Shown here one piece after another: positions 41,582 through 48,452 of a stretch of DNA of 64,000 bases. Numbering within the stretch: position 1 is the stretch's first letter; every line of letters begins with the position of its first letter. The stretch spans positions 75,875 through 139,874 of the forward strand of contig JBBDLF010000038.1 in NCBI GenBank assembly GCA_040879025.1. Reading direction: 5' to 3'. The notes under the pieces were generated by a model that made no database searches, was not told the origin of the DNA, and was given only the letters and a program-made list of their open reading frames with translations. Both the position numbers and the translations under genes were made by a program. The DNA is from Pseudohongiellaceae bacterium. GTDB taxonomy: Bacteria; Pseudomonadota; Gammaproteobacteria; Pseudomonadales; Pseudohongiellaceae.

Positions 41582-43132
41582 TCAGGTTACCCGGGTTGCT
41601 TCTTCCAGGCTGGTCAATCCCCGGGCCACCTTGATCAGGGCTGACTGGCGTAGACTGAGAAATTCGCCTCGCCGTACCGCCTCAGCCAGTGCGATGGAAC
41701 TGTCCTGCGCCATGATAAGTTGAGACAGGGCTTCAGTAATGGGAACCACTTCATAAATTCCGGTTCTGCCGCGATAGCCATCCCGGCAATGTTTGCAACC
41801 GGTTGGGCGGAAAAACTTGCCCCCGGAAACCTGTGATTTCGTAAATCCCTCTCCTAACAGTAGTTTTTCGGATATCTTAACCTTTTCTTTACACTTGTTA
41901 CATAGCAAGCGCAATAGTCTCTGGGCGATTATCAAGCTTACCGAGGTGGCGAGGTTATAGGTCGGAACACCAAGGTTTCGAAGCCGGGTGAGTGATTCGG
42001 CGGCGTTATTGGTGTGCAGGGTCGACATGACCAGGTGGCCGGTCTGGGCAGCCTTGACTGCCACTTCTGCGGTTTCCCGGTCTCGAATCTCCCCAACCAT
42101 CACGACGTCCGGATCCTGGCGCAGGAGCGCCCGTAGCGCCCCGGCAAAATCCATTCCTCCGTGATGTTTTATGGACACCTGGTTGATGCCGTCCAGATTG
42201 ATTTCCACCGGGTCCTCCGCGGTGGAAATATTGAGTTCGGCCGTGTTCAAAATTGCGAGACCGGTATAGAGTGATACGGTTTTGCCGCTACCGGTGGGAC
42301 CGGTGATGAGAATCATGCCCTGTTTCCGTTTGATGGCCTCCAGATAGATGAGCTTTTGCCTCTCATCCATCCCCAGGGAAGCTATCCCCATCGGTGCGCT
42401 GGATCGGTCCATAATGCGCAGGACCACCTTTTCACCCCAAAGCGTTGGCAGGTTGCTCACCCTGAAATTGACTGTGCGATCATCTGCCGTACGAAATTTG
42501 GTGCGTCCGTCCTGGGCTTTGCGTTTCTCCGAAATATCCATTTGTGAAAGTATTTTCAGGCGTGACGCTATCCTCCGGGAAATTTTGACCGGGAGGCGCA
42601 TCACCTCTTGCAGAAGCCCGTCGATCCGAAACCTGATGCGATAGTTGGTTTCGTACGGTTCGAAATGAATGTCGGACGCACCGCACTGGATGGCGTCACC
42701 GAGCACCTTGTTGATCAGGCTCACTATCGGCGCTTCATCCCCTTTCACGCCGTCGGAATCCTGATCAGGGAGAATATCAAATTGATCCGGGTTGACGTTG
42801 TCCTCCTGCAGACAGGCCAGGCCCAGCGCATCTGATTCCTGGCGACCGACCAGTTGCTTGACCGCTGATGCCAGCTTGTCATCTTCCACGACAACGAGTT
42901 CCAAGGTCAGTCCGGTGTTGAACTTGATGTCATCGAGCGCGCTGATTTCGCCTGGATTCGAAACCGCCAGATACAGCGTTCTCCGCCTGCGGAAAAGAGG
43001 CAGCGCCTGGTATCGACTGATCAGGGCCGAATCAACCAGGCCGATGGGACACTGGTTAATGTCGTAAGTGCCGAGATCGAGCCATGGGAGTTTAAAACGG
43101 GCAGCGGTCGCGGTAGCGATGGCTAACGTCAT
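41582..43132 (-). CDS. pilB: Type IV pilus assembly ATPase
   Basis: Walker A GPTGSGKT, Asp/His boxes, tetracysteine CNKC...CKHC. The start is ambiguous: the ATG at 43132 has AAGGA 7 nt upstream, the ORF track begins at TTG 43174, and another ATG is at 43150. Confidence 0.9.
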   Translation of the reverse strand: MTLAIATATAARFKLPWLDLGTYDINQCPIGLVDSALISRYQALPLFRRRRTLYLAVSNPGEISALDDIKFNTGLTLELVVVEDDKLASAVKQLVGRQESDALGLACLQEDNVNPDQFDILPDQDSDGVKGDEAPIVSLINKVLGDAIQCGASDIHFEPYETNYRIRFRIDGLLQEVMRLPVKISRRIASRLKILSQMDISEKRKAQDGRTKFRTADDRTVNFRVSNLPTLWGEKVVLRIMDRSSAPMGIASLGMDERQKLIYLEAIKRKQGMILITGPTGSGKTVSLYTGLAILNTAELNISTAEDPVEINLDGINQVSIKHHGGMDFAGALRALLRQDPDVVMVGEIRDRETAEVAVKAAQTGHLVMSTLHTNNAAESLTRLRNLGVPTYNLATSVSLIIAQRLLRLLCNKCKEKVKISEKLLLGEGFTKSQVSGGKFFRPTGCKHCRDGYRGRTGIYEVVPITEALSQLIMAQDSSIALAEAVRRGEFLSLRQSALIKVARGLTSLEEATRVT

Positions 43133-43257
43133 GGAGGGGTCCTTGCGCATGGCATCGGTGTGATCCACTGACAAGTATAGATCAACCGTGACAAGGCCTT
43201 GATCGTGCGGAAAATCTGGAATGGAAACCTGAAAATCCGGAGCCGGGAGGAAATGAA

Positions 43258-44028
43258 CTAACGCGGTCCGGATTTTAACGGAGCGTTCAGCGTCCCGATG
43301 AGTTGGTCCTGCCGGTCATACACCAGCACGATATTGCGGTAGCGTGAAACCAGGGCAACGTAATGATTGTCTTCACGCGAGACGCCGGTCTTGGTCAGTA
43401 TTTCACTCAGCCGGCTTTCCATGTCGGCATTGGTGGAGACGATCTCTTCGATGTCCACTCCTTTGTGCCGCCGAATTTCATCAAAGTGGTCAGCTAACCG
43501 CCGGTAACGGTGCAAATGCTCGTGAGGAGGCGCCTGGGTTGTTTCCACTTCCCGCAGCATAGCGAGGTGTCCTTGTTCATCGCGTGGCGGTTCGGCGAAC
43601 ACATAGACCGGACGGGAACTGCCAAACCTGTTGAGCCCATCCAGATCGGCACCTTGTGAAACCAGCGCCCGCGCGGGCACGGTGTAGAAACTCCCTTGCC
43701 AGAAAACGGCAGCCACAGGGCGTTGCTGATACACAGTCCAGATGCCCCAGGCGAGGGCTGATAACTGCAATAGCGCAATCAGTGACAGATCTGTGATCAG
43801 TTCCCTGCGGGGCTTGGAAATATCAAAAACGATCAGCGTCAGCAAGGGTCCCAGTACAAGATCAACCGCGGCAACCAGTCGTAACCCCTGCCATCCTCCG
43901 GAGGCCGAAAAATAGGGAGCGGGAAACCAGAGCAACAGCAGAACCGCGATGAAGCTGAAAAAAACAAGGCAGCTGAACAGAAAGTGCAGGAAACTGGCTG
44001 TCAGACGGGGACGCGGCAGGGTGTGCAT
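43258..44028 (-). CDS. Polytopic membrane protein, probable type IV pilin accessory protein (FimB / TfpX-TfpZ-like)
   Basis: The ATG at 44028 lies 8 nt after the pilin stop. The N-terminus has the pattern FLHF..S...F...LLLLWFPAPYF..SGGWQGL.LV..VDLVLGPLLTLIVF...KPRREL..DL..I.LLQL.AL..G. I recall this pattern from pilin-linked accessory proteins. The call is from memory only. Confidence 0.5.
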   Translation of the reverse strand: MHTLPRPRLTASFLHFLFSCLVFFSFIAVLLLLWFPAPYFSASGGWQGLRLVAAVDLVLGPLLTLIVFDISKPRRELITDLSLIALLQLSALAWGIWTVYQQRPVAAVFWQGSFYTVPARALVSQGADLDGLNRFGSSRPVYVFAEPPRDEQGHLAMLREVETTQAPPHEHLHRYRRLADHFDEIRRHKGVDIEEIVSTNADMESRLSEILTKTGVSREDNHYVALVSRYRNIVLVYDRQDQLIGTLNAPLKSGPR

Positions 44029-44038
44029 GGTACAAGCT

Positions 44039-44446
44039 CTAGCAGAGCCCCACCGCCACGCAGGTTCCACTCTCGGTCCACTGCACCGGCGCCGTCAGGC
44101 TGGGTGTCAATTGATACGTATGGCTGTTCAGATCCGCTGACCCGGTGGCGATGATAACGCCATCCACGACGGTCGCTGATGCCAGCCAGCCCGAAGCGCC
44201 TGCCGCGGGAGGGATGCCAGCGGTCCCGGCGTTGGCGCCGGCCAGCTCTGTGATCCTGCCGCTCTGAATGGCAAGGGCCAGCGCGGTCTTGTAGGGGGAC
44301 GTTGCCACAATGACTTCGGAAAAGCGGGCTCGTTGTGTGTAATTGTCGTAGGCGGGGAGTGCCACAGCCGCGAGAACGCCGATAATGGCGACGACTATCA
44401 TCAATTCAATGAGGGTAAAACCGGATTGCCTGCTTCGGTCTGTCAT
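44039..44446 (-). CDS. Type IVa pilin (second, promoter-distal copy)
   Basis: The ATG at 44446 follows GGGAGAG. The leader is MTDRSRQSG, then mature [24 protein letters not shown]. The C-terminus is CVAVGLC. Confidence 0.85.
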   Translation of the reverse strand: MTDRSRQSGFTLIELMIVVAIIGVLAAVALPAYDNYTQRARFSEVIVATSPYKTALALAIQSGRITELAGANAGTAGIPPAAGASGWLASATVVDGVIIATGSADLNSHTYQLTPSLTAPVQWTESGTCVAVGLC

Positions 44447-44475
44447 GCTCACTCTCCCATTCGGCAATCAACTGA

Positions 44476-44502
44476 CTGCCCGGCTATCAAACAGCCGGGC
44501 AG
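44476..44502 (-). terminator. Perfect 10-bp stem hairpin between the two pilin genes (possible attenuator)
   Basis: CTGCCCGGCT-atcaaac-AGCCGGGCAG sits 14 nt downstream of the first pilin stop on the minus strand. There is no clear U-tract. Confidence 0.4.
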
Positions 44503-44515
44503 CTCAGGCCAACGT

Positions 44516-44920
44516 CTAGCAAAGACCGGCTGCTATGCAGGAGCCGCCTTCGGTCCACTGAATAGGAGCGACGATGCCGCCTGGAGTCAGTGTGTAGGTT
44601 TCACTGTCCACATCCGCGCTTCCGGTGGCAGTGACAACCCCATCGGTCATGTCAACCGATGTAACGACACCATTCGCGCCGGCTGCAGCAGGAATACCAC
44701 CACTGCCGGCATCTGCGTCGGCAATGTCAGTAAGCCGGCCGGTCTGGGCGGCGACTTCAAAAGCACTCTTGTAAGGAGTGGCCGCCAACACGACTTCAGA
44801 AAACTGAGCGCGCTTGGTGTAGGTCTGATAGGCCGGCAGTGCTACCGCGGCCAGGATGCCGATGATCGCAACCACGATCATCAATTCGATAAGAGTAAAA
44901 CCTTGTTGTACCTTTTTCAT
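44516..44920 (-). CDS. pilA: Type IVa major pilin
   Basis: Short leader MKKVQQG, then [24 protein letters not shown]. 134 aa. The C-terminus is CIAAGLC. It is the promoter-proximal copy. Confidence 0.9.
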   Translation of the reverse strand: MKKVQQGFTLIELMIVVAIIGILAAVALPAYQTYTKRAQFSEVVLAATPYKSAFEVAAQTGRLTDIADADAGSGGIPAAAGANGVVTSVDMTDGVVTATGSADVDSETYTLTPGGIVAPIQWTEGGSCIAAGLC

Positions 44921-45011
44921 GAGACTTCTCCAGTTTTGATAGTCACTATCGATTTAACGGACAGGATCGATGATCCCCACTAAAGCCGTTGCGGGATAGG
45001 GAGCATAGACC

Positions 45012-45027
45012 GTGCCAATAGAGGGTG
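45012..45027 (-). promoter_or_regulatory. Putative sigma54 (-24/-12) promoter of pilA
   Basis: The minus strand reads TGGCAC-GGTCT-ATGCT against the consensus TGGCAC-N5-TTGCW. It lies ~90 nt upstream of the pilA ATG. pilA is sigma54/PilR dependent in Pseudomonas. Confidence 0.5.
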
Positions 45028-45116
45028 TTAGGTCATAAGCATATGATAATTATAATGAAATAAAAAATTCACTGCTTTCACGGACCCCTGGTAGCGGTGA
45101 TCAACGGCGTCGAACA

Positions 45117-45141
45117 CTGACAATAATTGTCAGGTTCTGTC
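45117..45141 (-). promoter_or_regulatory. Palindrome with TGTC motifs, candidate enhancer (PilR-type) site
   Basis: CTGACAAT-A-ATTGTCAG (45117-45133) is followed by TGTC at 45138. It lies ~100-130 bp upstream of the sigma54 element, with an AT-rich stretch (45040-45075) between them. Confidence 0.3.
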
Positions 45142-45590
45142 ATTCTTTAAACATTCCTCAGGTCAACCGGGGCGAAAAATCCGGCACCGGGCCTGATTGG
45201 CTCGTCCAGCTGATGCAGCGCTTGTACCCGGGTCATGTCCATCATTGCACTCGGCGCCCGGCAAGTTCAGTCAGCATTCAGATACCCTCACGCAAACTGC
45301 CTTCAGACCCGGTTATTTCCGTGACAGGGTTTTCACCGAAGAACGGTCTTGGATAAGGGGTATGGATGCCCCTGGGATGACTATGGCACAGCGGGTTGAT
45401 AAGCCGGGGAATGTAGTTTAATGTTACGCCCGCTGGAAACGGGGCTTCCGGCACAAGATAATGAGGGGATGGTTGCTGTGGGGTATCTACACTGCAACAT
45501 CAGAACAGGGCATTACTGGAATTATTATTTACCATACAGGTAGTGTGAATTGGCGGTATCCGGGCCTTTTCACTTGATGGAGGAGTTTCA

Positions 45591-45989
45591 ATGAAAAATG
45601 CAATGCTTGTGACAGTTAAATATGCCCTGTTTGTTGCGGGCAGTGTGGTTGCACTGGCTGCAAGCGCGCAGGAAAAGACCCTGCATGACGGTGTGTTTAC
45701 CGAAGCACAGGCCAAGGCCGGCGAGGCGGTGTACGAGCAGCGTTGTGTCACCTGCCATGACATGCAATATTACTCAAACGTATTGAGTTCGTGGCAGTCC
45801 CAGCCCCTGCTGTATCTGTGGGAGGCGATCATGGGCCAGATGCCTGCTGACAACCCCGGTTCCATGATGTTTTCGGAATATACCGAGGTGCTGGCCTATA
45901 TTCTGGATGGTAACGGCTTTCCGGCCGGAGACACCCCGCTTGATCCCGACCAGGGAATGGACCAGATCAAGATCGTGGCCCCTGATTAA
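45591..45989 (+). CDS. Periplasmic monoheme c-type cytochrome
   Basis: Signal peptide ending ALAASA-QE, a single CVTCH heme motif, and a candidate axial Met in IMGQMP. RBS GGAGGAG lies upstream. Confidence 0.8.
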   Translation: MKNAMLVTVKYALFVAGSVVALAASAQEKTLHDGVFTEAQAKAGEAVYEQRCVTCHDMQYYSNVLSSWQSQPLLYLWEAIMGQMPADNPGSMMFSEYTEVLAYILDGNGFPAGDTPLDPDQGMDQIKIVAPD

Positions 45990-46033
45990 CCCTCTGAATC
46001 CTCCTGAACAGCCCGGGACCGGCTCTGGCCGGT

Positions 46034-46738
46034 CTATTCCGGGCAATCCCGCAAGATAACGGTAATGGTATTCTTGTCCCGCGACTGGATGGTGAGGTCG
46101 TATTCCTCGGCGATGGCTTCCCACAGCCGGGCGTACTGGCACTGATACTCTTCGCGCGGCAGGTAACGGTCCGGTCCGCGTTCGGCCTTGCGGCGGATTT
46201 CCCGCTTTTCCACCATCACCAGATTCATCGGATCGTTGGCAAACTGCAGTTTCTTGCCGGACGGCCACTGATCGCCACCGTGACTGTGAGCATATTTGAG
46301 GGGAATAACGTGGTCCAGGTCTACCTGGGTGGCCACGGTGAACGTCTTGCCGGTGTACTCATCCAACCACTCGCCGGTACGCACAATGCAGTTTCTGGGG
46401 TTGGTGTAGGACACATCAATCCGGCTGGTCAGAATCAGCATTTCCTGACGGGTTGACTGGCAGTCCTGGTCGAAATCCTGCTCGTAATCCCAGTCCGCCT
46501 GATTGAAAAATTTTTCACGATCTTCGTGGTCGGTGAAAAAACTGTCGCGCCCATACCGGCTGAACGTATCGGGCATTTCGCAGTTGGACATATGACAGTG
46601 ATAGGAATTCCCGTAGTAGTGGCCGCCGTTATCATCAATCGCACCGGCGTGCCCATAGGCAAAAGTGGAAGCCACCAGCGCCGCCAGGCTCAGCAGAGAG
46701 GCCAGAAAGGCCGGTTGGGGGGCAAAATGCCTTTTCAT
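46034..46738 (-). CDS. Secreted nuclease-like protein: YHYH-type motif plus DUF1524/HNH (His-Me finger) domain
   Basis: Signal peptide with AYG-HAG region. IDDNGGHYYGNSYHCH resembles the YHYH-domain motif. DLDHVIPLKYAHSHGGDQW...FANDPMNLVMVEKREIRRKAERGPDRYLP matches the DH..P...N..N.K pattern of DUF1524-type nucleases. Confidence 0.6.
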   Translation of the reverse strand: MKRHFAPQPAFLASLLSLAALVASTFAYGHAGAIDDNGGHYYGNSYHCHMSNCEMPDTFSRYGRDSFFTDHEDREKFFNQADWDYEQDFDQDCQSTRQEMLILTSRIDVSYTNPRNCIVRTGEWLDEYTGKTFTVATQVDLDHVIPLKYAHSHGGDQWPSGKKLQFANDPMNLVMVEKREIRRKAERGPDRYLPREEYQCQYARLWEAIAEEYDLTIQSRDKNTITVILRDCPE

Positions 46739-46796
46739 TGGATCTCCTCGATTGAGTGTTATCCTTTACAGTGACCCAGGGAGCCGGTGTTTATAC

Positions 46797-47681
46797 TCAA
46801 CCCTGATCAAACAGCATACTTAAATCTACCGCCTTGCAATTTTTAGTCAAGGCGCCAATGGAAATAAAGTCCACTCCGGTCTCGGCAATCGCCACCAGAC
46901 TGGTGCGGTCGACGCCTCCCGAGGCTTCCAGTTGGGTTCGCCCCGCCGAGAGCCTGACCGCCTCATGAAGTGCAGCGAGACTGAAATTGTCCAGCAGCAC
47001 CGTATCGGGTCCGGCCGCAAGAGCTTCCTTTAACTGATCGGTATTTTCCACTTCCACTTCCACAGGCTTGTCTGGATGGTTTCGCCGGGCTCGCGCGACA
47101 GCCTCGCCGATGGACCCGCAGACGCGGATATGATTCTCCTTGATCAAAAAAGCATCAAACAGCCCCATTCGATGATTATGGCAGCCCCCGATGCGCACGG
47201 CGTATTTTTGCGCGGTGCGCAGTCCGGGAAGGGTCTTGCGGGTATCCAGCAGCCGGACTGCGGTATGTTTTACCTTGTTCGCGAGTTCCCGGCTGAGGGT
47301 TGCGGTACCGGAAAGGGTCTGCAGGAAGTTGAGTGCACTGCGCTCTCCGGTCAGCAGGCTGCGGGCCTGGCCGCTTATCCTCGCCACAGCCTGGTCGGGG
47401 CTGATTGCGTCGCCGTCCTGTACCAGCCAGTTCACCCGAATGTCAGCATCCAGTTGCCGGAAAACCCTGTCGGCCCAGGGAATTCCGCAGATCACGGCAG
47501 ACTGTCGACTGAGAATGACAGCGTCGCAGGTGACGCCGGGCTCAATCAGTTCAGCACTGATATCGCCGCTGCCTGTATCCTCCAGAAGAGCCCGGGAGAC
47601 GACGTCCCCGATATCATCAGGAAGCGCGTTGACTGATACTGGCTTATTCACGTTTCGCCCTGCCTGGTCCGGGCCAGTCAA
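46797..47681 (-). CDS. nadC: Nicotinate-nucleotide pyrophosphorylase (carboxylating)
   Basis: [36 protein letters not shown] and LDNF motifs. The TTG at 47681 overlaps the upstream stop (TTGA). An alternative GTG at 47651 gives a more typical ~284 aa. Confidence 0.9.
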   Translation of the reverse strand: MTGPDQAGRNVNKPVSVNALPDDIGDVVSRALLEDTGSGDISAELIEPGVTCDAVILSRQSAVICGIPWADRVFRQLDADIRVNWLVQDGDAISPDQAVARISGQARSLLTGERSALNFLQTLSGTATLSRELANKVKHTAVRLLDTRKTLPGLRTAQKYAVRIGGCHNHRMGLFDAFLIKENHIRVCGSIGEAVARARRNHPDKPVEVEVENTDQLKEALAAGPDTVLLDNFSLAALHEAVRLSAGRTQLEASGGVDRTSLVAIAETGVDFISIGALTKNCKAVDLSMLFDQG

Positions 47682-48211
47682 AACGGGTAATGGCGAAGAG
47701 TAAGCTGATTACCCTGCTGGCTGAATTCCACCTGCCGTAACGCACTCATTCCCAACAATATGGTATTACCTGGCATGCTCGGCGTAATGCTGGCACCGAT
47801 ATCCTGCAACACGATATTGCCCAGGCGCAGCTCCTCAAGCGTTGTGGTATAGACGGTAACAGGCCCGTTGGCTGTAAAGGCCTGTCCGGTATAGCCGATC
47901 TGGAGACCGAGATTTTCGGCCACATTTCCGGGTATCGCCACGTCGGTGGCGCCGGTATCCAGCAGGAATTCCACATCGATGCCATTAATCGCGCCGGTGG
48001 TGACATAATGCCCCTGCCGGTTTTGCTGAAGAATCACTTCCCGAGTGCCGGAATCGGTAATACCGCTCACTGGACTGCGGTTGGGATTGCCCTGCCGCTC
48101 CAGAACTCCGTTGAACAGAAGCGTCAACAGGGCCAGGCCGGCAACGAAACTGACGACCAGCATGCCCCGTCCAATCGATTTTCCGGGCGGTTCGTTAGAG
48201 AATTGTCGCAT
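47678..48211 (-). CDS. Membrane-anchored retropepsin-like (clan AA, TIGR02281-type) aspartic protease
   Basis: N-terminal TM helix, then [12 protein letters not shown] with the DTG catalytic triplet, and ILLGMSAL near the C-terminus. Confidence 0.7.
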   Translation of the reverse strand: MRQFSNEPPGKSIGRGMLVVSFVAGLALLTLLFNGVLERQGNPNRSPVSGITDSGTREVILQQNRQGHYVTTGAINGIDVEFLLDTGATDVAIPGNVAENLGLQIGYTGQAFTANGPVTVYTTTLEELRLGNIVLQDIGASITPSMPGNTILLGMSALRQVEFSQQGNQLTLRHYPF

Positions 48212-48452
48212 GTCGTTGGATTATCCCGTAATCGTGTCGTAATGGAAAGCAGGCAAAGTCGCTGGAAATCACCGAGGCTCCCTGATACCAGGACCGGGAA
48301 ACGGCTTGTTATTGTAAAAAGCGAGCCCGGCGATCAGGTCCATTAACGGCTTCTGACCGGGGTGTGAACCAGGTCAATATTTGCGCCACACTTCGGTGTT
48401 ATAAAAATCCGTAACAAACTCAAGACCCGCAATCGCGGGCCTGTGGAAACCG

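Noticed and set aside
41582-43174. Possible N-terminal truncation of PilB (about 516-530 aa against ~566 aa in P. aeruginosa).
   Set aside because: All ATPase motifs and the proximal N-terminal domain are intact, and no frameshift or upstream remnant is visible. Length variation at the extreme N-terminus is common in this family.
45197-45421. 74-aa ORF in the pilA-cytochrome c spacer.
   Set aside because: It has no SD sequence, no recognisable motif, and a composition that is not protein-like. It is retained only as part of the unexplained-spacer finding.
44921-45590. Search for a tRNA gene next to pilA (a common integration hotspot in Pseudomonas).
   Set aside because: No T-loop (GGTTCGAATCC-like) or acceptor-stem pairing was seen on either strand. 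There is also no integrase or direct-repeat evidence of an island.
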